A stretch of 64,000 bases of DNA from Gemmatimonadaceae bacterium (GTDB taxonomy: Bacteria; Gemmatimonadota; Gemmatimonadetes; Gemmatimonadales; Gemmatimonadaceae), in the NCBI GenBank assembly GCA_051859245.1, contig JBHYGA010000001.1, positions 512,001-576,000 of the forward strand, read 5' to 3'. Under the pieces are notes generated by a model. That model was not told where the DNA came from. It saw nothing but the letters and a program-made list of their open reading frames with translations, and searched no databases. Positions 38,959 through 48,508 of this stretch are shown piece after piece. Position numbers and translations under genes: made by a program. The first letter of the stretch is position 1. Every line of letters begins with the position of its first letter.

Positions 38959-41900
38959 CCACGAACACGCGCACTCGAGCGTAGACTGGGAACGCCTGTC
39001 TGCACTCTTTGAAACCACGATGTCACTGCCGTTGGCACAGCGGCAGGCGCACATCGATGCGCTGCGCACTGAGGAGCCAGTGTTGTGCCGCGAGCTGGTG
39101 GAGTTGGTTGCGGTGGCCGACGACGCGGGCGCGTATTTCGAAGAGCTGTCGCGCGACGTGGTCGCGCCGGTCTTTGAAGCCGCGCTGGCCTCGGTCAGTG
39201 GCGACCCCGATGCCGCCTCGTCGCCGTCACAACCGCCGCTGACGCGCATTCGTCACTACGACGTGCAGGAGTGCCTCGGCGCAGGAGGCATGGGCGTGGT
39301 GTACCGCGGGTGGGACAACAAGCTGGCGCGCGCCGTCGCACTCAAGTTCGTCAGTCCCGACCGATTGATTGATCCGTCGTCGAGGTTGCGGTTGTTGCGT
39401 GAGGCGCAGGCCGCGTCTTCGCTTTCACACGCGAACGTTTGCGCGATTCATGCTGTGGAAGATCTGACAGACGGTGGCCTCTGTGTGATCATGGGCTACT
39501 GCGCAGGTGGAACGCTGCGAGACCGGCTGCGCGCTGGCCCACTCACGGTTGCGGAAGCACTTGCCGTCGCCACGCAGGTAGCCAGTGGTCTGGCGAGCGC
39601 GCATGGCGAGGGCATCGTACACCGCGACATCAAGCCTGCGAATATCGGCTTTGATGCCGATGGCACCGCGCGCATTCTCGATTTTGGTATCGCGACCCGC
39701 GCCGGTGATCGCGCGCGAACCGTTGGTTCACCGTTTGTTGGCTCACTGCCCTACCTTGCGCCAGAGCAGCTCGGTGGCGCTGAGCCTGACGCACGCGCCG
39801 ACGTGTGGGCCTTGGGCGTCATGCTGTACGAGATGTTGTGCGGTCGACGTCCGTTCGGTGAACAGTCGGAGGCGCCGCTCGCGCACGAAATTCTGCACGC
39901 ACCCACACCGGCGCTTATTCGAAGTGACGGGGCCGCGATTCCGCGCGAGGTCGCCAACCTGGTCGGTGCGTTGCTCAGTAAAGCACCGAGTGGCCGCCCC
40001 GAAACGGGCGCCGTTGTGCTGACCATGCTTCGCGACGTTGTCTCGGTGAGCGCCTCATCGGTCCACGTGACGCAAACCATCTCGACGCCCGCCACGCCGC
40101 GTGCGCCAACGCGCCGAGGTGTGCGTGTTGGTGCATTGCTGCTGGGTGCCTTGACGATTGCGGCGGTGTTCGTGTGGCGAGGGGCTCGCGACACGGACCG
40201 CGCGTTTGAGGCGTCTGATTCGCCGCTTGAAGTTGCTCGCAGCACTCAACCACTGCCAACGATCGCCGTGCTGCCATTCAGTGTTGAGGGAAGCCGCGAC
40301 CTCGAATATTTGCGCAACGGACTCGTCGATTTGCTGACGCCTGCCTTCGACGGAACCGGGTTGGTGCGCGGCATCGACCCCAACGTGGTCATTGGTGCGG
40401 CGTCTGAGTTGACTGGCGCGCGATTCGACTCGTCGACTGCACGTGCTTTGGCTTCGCGGATCGGAGCGAGTCGGTACGTGATCGGCAACCTGGTGGGCGT
40501 GGGCAATACAGTGACAATCCGCGCCACACTGTATCGCGCGAGTGGTGAAGAATCCGGACGTGCGCAACTGGTGGGGGCGCTCCCGGCCGATCTCACATCG
40601 GGCGTCGACCGTCTCGTATATGGACTTGTCGCAACGGAACTGCGTTCGCCCGGTGACACGGTGGCTGGCCTCGCAGCGAGCACTTCGCATTCCGCTCCTG
40701 CGTTGCGCGCGTACCTCGACGGCGAACGGGAACTTCGCGACGCGAGACCGGCAGCGGCGTTGGCACATTTTCAACGTGCGGTTGAGCTGGACTCGCTGTT
40801 TGCGCTGGCGTGGTATCGACTGGCGCGGGCGGCGAAGTGGAACGACGTAGACTCACTCAATGCGCTGGCCACGGAGCGCGCGTACACTCTCAGAGCATCG
40901 CTGCCGTTGCGTTTGCAAGAGATTGTACGCGGTTACTACGCGTTCCGCTTCGGCAATCCCAGTGACGCGGAGCGCATTCTGAAGCAAGTGACCGTCGACT
41001 ATCCCACGGCGATTGATGCCTGGATGTTGCTGGGCGAGTCACGCTTTGAGCAAAATCCGTACTATGGACGACCGTTGGATGATGCGCGGGATGCGTTTCG
41101 CCGTGTGATGGAGCTCGATCCGCGCAATCGGGAAGTGAACGTTTACCTCATGGATCTCGCCGCGCGTGCGAACCGTGTTGGTGAACTTGACACACTGTTC
41201 CGTATGTACTTTAGCCCGAACAGCGCGGGCGAGCAGCCAGGTATTCGACAAACGTACATCGCGCTGCACGCGCGACGTACTCGTGCACCAGACGCGCAGG
41301 AAAGTGCCTCGGACCGCATCGATGAACCGGTGGCCGCGCACATTGCGCTGCAACGGGTGCAGGGCGATCCCCGCGACCTGCGAGCCGCTCGCGCGTATGC
41401 GACGGTGCTCGCCACAGCGGGCAACGATCCGGTGCTGCGTCTCGAGGGACTGCTGGCGCTTGCCAGTCTCGATGCGGTGGGGGGACGGCTCGGGTCAGCG
41501 AGCGCCAGGTGGCAGCAAGCGGAAGAAATCGATGCACCCGTCGCGACGCTGCATCGCGCGGTCCTCGCTATCGCGCCAGGCACGCAGGCGGATTCGACGC
41601 AACTGCTGGCGCTGCGACGGGCGCTCCTCGCTGCACCAATCGCTGGCGTCGTCGCGCGTGATGCACTCGGTGAATTGGAACTCGCTGACTTGCGTCAGTA
41701 CGTGATTGGTTTGCTGAGTCTTCGAATGCGTGACCTTGCCGCTGTGGAAAATGCTCGGCAACAACTCATCCGCGCCGCTCGTTCATCACGGCTGGCTGCA
41801 CCGCTTGCCGCCGCTTTGCGCGGACATCTGGCATTCGTGGCGGGCAACTACGATGAGGCGCAGCGTGTCTTTGCAGGGAGTGTGGTGGATGTGCCGATTC

Positions 41901-42100
41901 ACGTTCGACGGCGGTTCCCGCTGCTCGAACAACACGCTGACCGTCTCGCTCGGGCAGATGCGCTGCGTGCCATTGGAAAATGGGATGAGGCGAAACGCTG
42001 GTACGCGTCGTTGCTCGAAGGTCCCGCACTCACAGCGGCACCGTACGTAGCAAGTGCCCGCACAGGCTTGGACGCGGTGGCGGCGCAGCGCGCGCGTTAG
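38939..42100 (+). CDS. Ser/Thr protein kinase with TM and TolB_N/TPR-like region
   Basis: GAGGMGVVY, VALK, HRDIKPAN, DFGIA, APE. Confidence 0.92.
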   Translation: MDPMTPDHEHAHSSVDWERLSALFETTMSLPLAQRQAHIDALRTEEPVLCRELVELVAVADDAGAYFEELSRDVVAPVFEAALASVSGDPDAASSPSQPPLTRIRHYDVQECLGAGGMGVVYRGWDNKLARAVALKFVSPDRLIDPSSRLRLLREAQAASSLSHANVCAIHAVEDLTDGGLCVIMGYCAGGTLRDRLRAGPLTVAEALAVATQVASGLASAHGEGIVHRDIKPANIGFDADGTARILDFGIATRAGDRARTVGSPFVGSLPYLAPEQLGGAEPDARADVWALGVMLYEMLCGRRPFGEQSEAPLAHEILHAPTPALIRSDGAAIPREVANLVGALLSKAPSGRPETGAVVLTMLRDVVSVSASSVHVTQTISTPATPRAPTRRGVRVGALLLGALTIAAVFVWRGARDTDRAFEASDSPLEVARSTQPLPTIAVLPFSVEGSRDLEYLRNGLVDLLTPAFDGTGLVRGIDPNVVIGAASELTGARFDSSTARALASRIGASRYVIGNLVGVGNTVTIRATLYRASGEESGRAQLVGALPADLTSGVDRLVYGLVATELRSPGDTVAGLAASTSHSAPALRAYLDGERELRDARPAAALAHFQRAVELDSLFALAWYRLARAAKWNDVDSLNALATERAYTLRASLPLRLQEIVRGYYAFRFGNPSDAERILKQVTVDYPTAIDAWMLLGESRFEQNPYYGRPLDDARDAFRRVMELDPRNREVNVYLMDLAARANRVGELDTLFRMYFSPNSAGEQPGIRQTYIALHARRTRAPDAQESASDRIDEPVAAHIALQRVQGDPRDLRAARAYATVLATAGNDPVLRLEGLLALASLDAVGGRLGSASARWQQAEEIDAPVATLHRAVLAIAPGTQADSTQLLALRRALLAAPIAGVVARDALGELELADLRQYVIGLLSLRMRDLAAVENARQQLIRAARSSRLAAPLAAALRGHLAFVAGNYDEAQRVFAGSVVDVPIHVRRRFPLLEQHADRLARADALRAIGKWDEAKRWYASLLEGPALTAAPYVASARTGLDAVAAQRAR

Positions 42101-42120
42101 GGCGGCGCTGCTTCTTCGCG

Positions 42121-43404
42121 CTACCCAATATCCGGCTTCTTCTCATGCCGGCTCCCCAACCACGCACCCACACCCGCCCAGGTGAGCGCGGCACCAGCAC
42201 CAATGAGCGCCACCGTCGCACCGGTCATACCACTCGCACGCACCGCGTTCTGCAACTGCGCCACGAGCGCGTCGGCACCACGATACACGGGCACGTCAAT
42301 GAGGTTCTTGGCCTTGTACTTGGATTCCGTATCAAGCTTGCTGAACAACATCTCTCGGCCCGGACGAATAAACGCGTACTCGCCCCAGCGACGCACCACG
42401 AGCACCACCGCCAGCACCGCAAAGCTGCCGGTCATGGAGAGCGTGATAAATCCAACCATCACGATGAGCGGCACGGCTACGAGCAACGCGGTCACGCCAA
42501 GGCGTGCAGCAATGCGTCCGGTGAGAAAAAACTGCGACAGAATCGTGAGCGTTTGCACGATGTAGTCAATGCGTGCGAACACCTGCGTGCGCTGATCATT
42601 GTCGGTGAATGTCGCTTTTACGATTTCGAGCTGCTCAAAGTACAGCAGCGTATTCGCCGTCGAGAGCAACACCACGAACAGCGCGATCATGAGCAGGTAC
42701 GGTGACTTGAGCACCAGGCTCACACCAGCAAATGGATTGCCACCAATTGGGCGATTCGTATGTTCGCCCGCACCACCAGGCGCCGTCCACACATTGATCA
42801 GAATACGCTGACAGATGATTGCGCCGGTGAACAGCGCGGCACCAATAAAGAGCACACCACTCGTGCCAACACGTTGCACCGAGAGATCGGTAATCAGCGG
42901 ACCCACCAGCGCGCCCAGCGTTCCACCCGTGGCAATCACACCAAAGAGTCGCTTCGCTTGCGGACTGCTGAACAACTCCAGCAGAAAGCTCCAGAACACC
43001 GACACCAGCATGAGATTGAGCACGCTGATCCCCACGTAAAACGTGGAGCCGAGTGTTTCGTTTTCCGCGTCGCGTCCAAAGAGCACACCAAACACGACGA
43101 ACGCCACCACGACCGCCATGTAAATCGCCGGCAGCAACACGGAACGTCTGATCTTGCCTACAAGCCACCCGTAGAGCGGCACAATCACCACGGCGCCGAT
43201 CGATGTGAGAATCCACAGATCGCTCACGCGATCGCTGCCCAGAATCGTGCCGATCGTTTCGCGCACCGGGCGCACCGCGAAGTAGCCACCGAGCACACAG
43301 AAGAACAAACAGAATGCCGCAATCACGGCGGGTGCTTCGTCGGGCTCAACTTTCGCGTATCGCGCGAGCAGGCGGGCGAATAGCGACGGAGGGGCAGCGG
43401 TCAC
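42121..43404 (-). CDS. NTT/ATP-ADP translocase-like MFS transporter
   Basis: RPVRETIG, SVFWSF...AKRLFG, RPGREMLF...KYKAKNLIDVPVYRG. Confidence 0.85.
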   Translation of the reverse strand: MTAAPPSLFARLLARYAKVEPDEAPAVIAAFCLFFCVLGGYFAVRPVRETIGTILGSDRVSDLWILTSIGAVVIVPLYGWLVGKIRRSVLLPAIYMAVVVAFVVFGVLFGRDAENETLGSTFYVGISVLNLMLVSVFWSFLLELFSSPQAKRLFGVIATGGTLGALVGPLITDLSVQRVGTSGVLFIGAALFTGAIICQRILINVWTAPGGAGEHTNRPIGGNPFAGVSLVLKSPYLLMIALFVVLLSTANTLLYFEQLEIVKATFTDNDQRTQVFARIDYIVQTLTILSQFFLTGRIAARLGVTALLVAVPLIVMVGFITLSMTGSFAVLAVVLVVRRWGEYAFIRPGREMLFSKLDTESKYKAKNLIDVPVYRGADALVAQLQNAVRASGMTGATVALIGAGAALTWAGVGAWLGSRHEKKPDIG

Positions 43405-43589
43405 GGGACTCGGGCAGGGGGGAGTGTGGCGGGCGTGGTGCGTCTTCGCGCGTCACGCACACGCGGAATGCAGAAACGCGTCACGTTGCAGCGCGTAGCT
43501 TGGCCGCCGTGCATGCGGAGGGCAAGTCATTCGTGCTAATACCGCTTCGCACGCCCAAGCGTTGAACGCACGTGACTCGTTTCGTCCCG

Positions 43590-44342
43590 CTACGACTTCA
43601 CCACACGCTTGCGTGCCGCGCCGCGCCGATCTGCTGCCGAGACACGCACCAGTCGCACCACCACGGCCATCACACGCGGGACCTCCACCTGTGCGGGCGT
43701 GGCGCCCTTGTCGACCATCACGGTACATGGTGTGTTCTTGGCGCGCGCGGGGCCACGAGCGCGTCTACTCAATGAAGGTGGTGCATGGCGCGCCACAAGC
43801 GACAGGGCCGTTGCCGTTGGAGCCGGTGGGACAACCCGCAACCGCACACCCGCGCCACCGGCCGTCGCTGCATTGCCCATCCCCACTACCAGCAACGCCG
43901 CATCACGGTCGCGCGCCAGCTGACTGAGGCGCACCGTGATCTGCCGCGACAACAGCGGCGCGCCGTCCAGCACCACCAGGCCGAACATACCGCTGCGCAG
44001 CAGACGATCAGCGCACCACGCCGCGCGCCCCGGATCCTTGGGACGCACCACCACCAGCCGCGACCCGAGACCGGCCCAGCATTGCGCTGCCAGCGTGCGT
44101 GTGGCGTCGATAATGGCCACCCAGCGCCCTGCGCCCAGGACCTGGGCCACCACACGACGCGCCAGCGTGGTGCGCCCCATGGCCCGCGGACCCACCAGCT
44201 CCGTGAGCCGGCCACGCGGAATCCCTCCGCCCAGCGCGGCATCGAGTGCGGCAATGCCAGTGGGCCAGGCCGGACCGGCCGGTGGTAGCGAGGGGACAAG
44301 TGCTTCGAGACTGGCCCGAATGGAGGCAATGGCAGGGCGCAT
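43590..44342 (-). CDS. imuA: ImuA-like RecA-fold protein
   Basis: TGIAALDAALGGGIPRGRLTELVG, degenerate Walker A GPRAMGRTT, LLRSGMFGLVVLD. Confidence 0.78.
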   Translation of the reverse strand: MRPAIASIRASLEALVPSLPPAGPAWPTGIAALDAALGGGIPRGRLTELVGPRAMGRTTLARRVVAQVLGAGRWVAIIDATRTLAAQCWAGLGSRLVVVRPKDPGRAAWCADRLLRSGMFGLVVLDGAPLLSRQITVRLSQLARDRDAALLVVGMGNAATAGGAGVRLRVVPPAPTATALSLVARHAPPSLSRRARGPARAKNTPCTVMVDKGATPAQVEVPRVMAVVVRLVRVSAADRRGAARKRVVKS

Positions 44343-44343
44343 A

Positions 44344-44360
44344 ACCGAATATATACCGAA
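44344..44360 (-). promoter_or_regulatory. Candidate SOS operator upstream of imuA
   Basis: TTCGGTATATATTCGGT overlapping the -10 TATATT, 1 nt before the ATG. Confidence 0.6.
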
Positions 44361-44417
44361 GACAGCCAGTGCACGAAAGCACTGGCGAGAGCTGTGGGCC
44401 GCGGCTACCCTATCCCC

Positions 44418-44720
44418 ATGCGGCCACTCTCCGATATCGAAATCCAGCGCGCACTCGGCACCCTGTCCGGCTGGTCGCGTAAGGGCGACATGCTCACGCG
44501 CACATTCCAGTTCGCCGCGTTCCCGGATGGTATCGAGTTTCTGCGTCGGGTGGCCGATGAAGCCGAAGCGCAGGCGCATCATCCGGATGTTGACATCCGC
44601 TACACCAAAGTGACGTTCTGTTTAAGTACGCACGACGCAGGTGGCATTACAGAAAAAGACTTTGCACTCGCGCGTTCAATCGACGCGCTCTACGACAACG
44701 GCGCGCCCATCGTAAGTTGA
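44418..44720 (+). CDS. phhB: Pterin-4a-carbinolamine dehydratase
   Basis: AEAQAHHPDVDIRY...THDAGGITEKDFALA. Confidence 0.92.
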   Translation: MRPLSDIEIQRALGTLSGWSRKGDMLTRTFQFAAFPDGIEFLRRVADEAEAQAHHPDVDIRYTKVTFCLSTHDAGGITEKDFALARSIDALYDNGAPIVS

Positions 44721-44761
44721 TGAGCGCGCCGTGTGCGTGTGTGATGGTGTCCTGATACGGA

Positions 44762-45577
44762 TTATCGCTCGCCGCCGCGCACCAGATTGACACTGCCGTT
44801 CACGGTGCTCGCCTTGAGTGAGCGTCCGCCGGAACCAATCGATCCGCGCAACTTGCGACGACTGATCGACCCTTGCACGGTGACTGGGAAATCGGTGTTC
44901 ACCGAGCCGTTCACGGTGGAAATATCGAGATCCACATTCGAGTTCGCCGGCAAGGTGAGCGTAATGGAACCGTTCACTGTTTCGTATTCAAGATTTTCAC
45001 TGCCGAGCGACGCCATGGTGGCCTTGATGCTGCCATTCACGGTTTTCGCGTGAACCGGACCACCGGTGCTGCGCGCTTCCACCGATCCGTTGACAGTGCT
45101 CGCGTCAATCATGCCGGAGATCGCGTCCACCGTCACAGCGCCATTCACCGTGCTCATGTTGACATGCACACCGTCTGGTACGCGCACGGTAAAGTGCACG
45201 GACACATCGTTGCGATCGTTCCACGTTTGACGACGCGGACTGCGAATGCCACTCTCGGTGCACTCGGCGTCGTTCCAGAGGGCGCACACCATGATGTCGC
45301 CATTGCGACCGGGAACCTGCACAATGCGCACGTCTTCGGGATCACCACGACGCCAGCGCTTTTCGGCCGTGATCTCCACCTGATTGGAGCGTGAACGTTC
45401 CACGCTGATGGCACCGTTCACATTGCGCACATTCACGGTGCGACCGGCAGAGAGGGAGGCGTTGTAGTTGAATGCATTACGCTCCACTTCCTGCGACTGC
45501 GCGGTGCTGATGGCGCCGAGCGACGCGAACACTGCCAGGGCAGCGAGCGTCTGTTTGACTACATGAGTGTATGACAT
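44762..45577 (-). CDS. DUF4097 beta-strand repeat protein
   Basis: Repeated TVNGS motifs; signal peptide. Confidence 0.88.
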   Translation of the reverse strand: MSYTHVVKQTLAALAVFASLGAISTAQSQEVERNAFNYNASLSAGRTVNVRNVNGAISVERSRSNQVEITAEKRWRRGDPEDVRIVQVPGRNGDIMVCALWNDAECTESGIRSPRRQTWNDRNDVSVHFTVRVPDGVHVNMSTVNGAVTVDAISGMIDASTVNGSVEARSTGGPVHAKTVNGSIKATMASLGSENLEYETVNGSITLTLPANSNVDLDISTVNGSVNTDFPVTVQGSISRRKLRGSIGSGGRSLKASTVNGSVNLVRGGER

Positions 45578-45611
45578 GGTGTGAGTTCCGAGGTGAAAGA
45601 CGGCGGGTGAT

Positions 45612-46739
45612 TCAACGACGATCGTTTGGTTCGTTGGAGCGCAGTGTCACGCTGCCGCTGAACGTGGAGACAAACACGAGTGGTCCACCGCTCTCACCGA
45701 GCTGCATGCGCTGTGAGCGTCCGCCACGCGGCAAGCCATCGAACTGCAGCGCCAGCGATTCCATGGTGCGACCAATGGACCCCATCACCGACTCCACCAG
45801 ACGTTCTACCGAGCGTTCAAAATCGCGCTCGAAGTTTCCGGTATCACGATTGCGGCGCTGCGCCTCGCGTCGTACGGAATCCGCAATCTGACGGCGAATG
45901 GAATCACGCTCCCGGTCACGACGGTCAAGGGCATCGGTTTGCACGACGGCGCGTGATGTGGCGCCGGGTTCCGGTAACAGCGTCAGCGGCAGATTACGCG
46001 ACGTGACATCGCCATTGAACGACTGCAGTTCGAGTGTGGCACGCGAATCGCGAGGGAGTGAGAGCTGCACATCGCCGGAATGGGTACTGAAGTCGTAGCG
46101 CCCTGATTCTGAGAGCGCACCGCTGTAGGTGATGTCGCCGCTCACGACCTTCACCTGCACACGACGCGATTTGATATCACGAAGCGTGACCTCCGTCGAC
46201 GTACCCGAGATCTCAAGATTGCCACTGACGTTGTTCGCGGTGATATCGCCCGTGGTGGTGTTCACTCGTGCGCCATCGGCAATGTCGGCGAGGTTGATAT
46301 CGCTGCTCACGCTTTCGATGAACACCTGCGTGGCATCGGTTACGTTGATATCGCCCGACGTGGTGCGCACCTCGACATCCCCACCCGTGTTGCTGATGTT
46401 GATGTCACCACCCTGCGTGCGCACGAGCAACGCAGTGCCACGCGGCACGTCAAGCACCAGGTCCGCACCGCCTGATCCGCGCAGATGTGAGCCGTTCAGG
46501 CGCAGCGCGCGGCCGTCACCAGAGACTTCAAAGCCACGATCGTCCATGTTGCGCACACGCAGCGTGCGCCCGGACACACCGCGAATCGTGAAGTCGCCGG
46601 ACCAGCCCACCACTTCAACGGTGGCCGACGCGTCCATGGTAATCGTGGTATCGCGCGATTCTTGCGCGTGCAACGTTGCGGGAACCGCAACGCCCGCAAC
46701 GAGGGCAACGGCAGTCAGAGTCTGAAACAGAGCACGCAT
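45612..46739 (-). CDS. DUF4097 beta-strand repeat protein
   Basis: Repeated (T/S)SGD motifs; signal peptide. Confidence 0.85.
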   Translation of the reverse strand: MRALFQTLTAVALVAGVAVPATLHAQESRDTTITMDASATVEVVGWSGDFTIRGVSGRTLRVRNMDDRGFEVSGDGRALRLNGSHLRGSGGADLVLDVPRGTALLVRTQGGDINISNTGGDVEVRTTSGDINVTDATQVFIESVSSDINLADIADGARVNTTTGDITANNVSGNLEISGTSTEVTLRDIKSRRVQVKVVSGDITYSGALSESGRYDFSTHSGDVQLSLPRDSRATLELQSFNGDVTSRNLPLTLLPEPGATSRAVVQTDALDRRDRERDSIRRQIADSVRREAQRRNRDTGNFERDFERSVERLVESVMGSIGRTMESLALQFDGLPRGGRSQRMQLGESGGPLVFVSTFSGSVTLRSNEPNDRR

Positions 46740-46758
46740 GACAGAACCAGAAAAAGGG

Positions 46759-47610
46759 TTACAACAGCGCCAGGCGGCGCAGTAAATCAACTTTGCGTTC
46801 GTACGCGCGATCGAGTTGTTCGAGCAGGAATCCGCTGTTCGGATCAGACGCGAGCGCCGCGCGGCTTTCCCGGATCGCGTTGTCAATGATGTCGAGATTC
46901 TTGCGCACTACCGACACCGTGGTGGAGTCGAGCAGGCCAAGCTGCGTTTCGGCTACCGTGCGCAGCATGGCGATTTCGCGTCCGTAGAGCGTGTCGAGCG
47001 CCACGGCGCGCGGGCCCACGTTCGATGCGGCCACCACGCGTGTTGGTGCAACACGTGGTGCGCTGGCGACGTAGCCCGTACTGCGATTGTCCGGCGTTAC
47101 CACGCCGCCCAATGTGGACGGCGGCATGGTGTTGGCGCCGTCTACGTCAATCGCGCGCGGCGCTGGGGTGTTCGCCTCTGGTGCGGGTGAGGAAACGGCT
47201 GGTGCGCTGTCGGTGGACGCAAGGGTGGCGCTGCTCGCCGCCGGTGCGCGGCGTGCGACGTTCCACGTCACACCGGCACTGACCGTTACCAGCACGGCCG
47301 CAGCGGCCGCGAGCTGACGCCACGGCAGCACGCTGCGCGTCACCGTGTGTGTTGCTGTCACAGGCAACACCCGCACAGGTGTCGCCAGTCGCGCTTCAAT
47401 ATCAGGCCACAGATCCCGTGAAGGCGTTGGCAACGGCAACGACTGTGCCGCAAGCACCAGGCTATCCAGATCCGCCACCAGTGCCGCACACGCCGCGCAC
47501 TCCGCGCGATGCCCGTCGGCGCGACGTTGTGTGGTGTGATCGAGTCCACGCTCGAGATACGCCTCGAGCTGTGCGTCGAACTCTTCACAGGTCATGGGAA
47601 TGTCACTCAT
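46759..47610 (-). CDS. zf-HC2 anti-sigma factor
   Basis: C...HRAECAAC zinc motif plus TM; follows an ECF sigma gene. Confidence 0.85.
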   Translation of the reverse strand: MSDIPMTCEEFDAQLEAYLERGLDHTTQRRADGHRAECAACAALVADLDSLVLAAQSLPLPTPSRDLWPDIEARLATPVRVLPVTATHTVTRSVLPWRQLAAAAAVLVTVSAGVTWNVARRAPAASSATLASTDSAPAVSSPAPEANTPAPRAIDVDGANTMPPSTLGGVVTPDNRSTGYVASAPRVAPTRVVAASNVGPRAVALDTLYGREIAMLRTVAETQLGLLDSTTVSVVRKNLDIIDNAIRESRAALASDPNSGFLLEQLDRAYERKVDLLRRLALL

Positions 47611-48305
47611 GTGGACAGGACCTCGCGCAGCAGCAATCGAGCGCGATGCAGCTGCGCTTTACTGCCACCAGATGTAATGCCAAGTAGTTCACCGATTTCT
47701 TCATGCGTGTAGCCTTCAACGTCATGCAACACAAAGATTCGTCGCGCACCCGCCGGCAGTGTGGCAATGGCCGCTTCAAGATCCATGCGATCGCCGACAC
47801 TCACTGATCGCGCCGGCACGACATGCACCGCATCGTCGTCGGCCACGGTTCGGTCGCGCGTTCTTCCGTCCTGCTTGCGACGCGACAACACAATGTTCAC
47901 CGCCACCCGATGCAACCACGTACTGAACGCGGCATCACCACGAAACGACTCCAGCTTTTGCCACGCGCGCACGAACACATCCTGCACCAACTCTTCAGCC
48001 AGTCCACGTTCCCCGCACATGCGCAGACAGAGCGCAAACACCCGTTGTCCATGCGTGCGGTACAGCCGTTCAAAGGCCCGTCGGTCGCCGGCGGTGGCGG
48101 CTTCAACGTCAGCGCGCTCCGCCTGAGCCGCCGCACGCTGCGCGGCATCGCTCAGAGCAGCGTCGCCGAGAGCAGCGTCGCCACTGGCCGATTCGTCCGG
48201 GACCGCTGTCGACCGCTCAGCGCCGACGAGTCGGCTCGTCGGGCGTGATGACGACAGGTTGTCAGGGATGAATCCGGTCACAGTCAGTGCGTGCATGGCC
48301 CCCAC
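47607..48305 (-). CDS. ECF RNA polymerase sigma factor
   Basis: AFERLY, QDVFVRAW, FSTWLHRV, HDVEGYTHEEI...SKAQLHRAR. Confidence 0.93.
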   Translation of the reverse strand: MGAMHALTVTGFIPDNLSSSRPTSRLVGAERSTAVPDESASGDAALGDAALSDAAQRAAAQAERADVEAATAGDRRAFERLYRTHGQRVFALCLRMCGERGLAEELVQDVFVRAWQKLESFRGDAAFSTWLHRVAVNIVLSRRKQDGRTRDRTVADDDAVHVVPARSVSVGDRMDLEAAIATLPAGARRIFVLHDVEGYTHEEIGELLGITSGGSKAQLHRARLLLREVLST

Positions 48306-48508
48306 ATGGTTACGCCGGGTTGGATAGCGTAGGGGCGCGGATGGTTTGAACCCGTTTTGAATTCGTACGGCGCCGGGCGGCCCGGGATTCGGGCGGCGGG
48401 GGATTCGGGGGCCGGGGATTCGGGCGACCGTCGATCTCCCCGTTGCGTCCTCAAAAACGTGACGAAAGTCGAGGTCCGTCCACGTGCGCAGCCATCCAGA
48501 TTGGGGGC

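Noticed and set aside
44343..44582. N-terminal extension of ImuA in the ORF track
   Set aside because: Antisense to the pterin dehydratase gene; ATG 44342 follows a -10 box
48383..48427. TTCGG repeats as an SOS box for the YdjM-like gene
   Set aside because: Period is 15-16 nt, not 11, and the AT-rich spacer is missing
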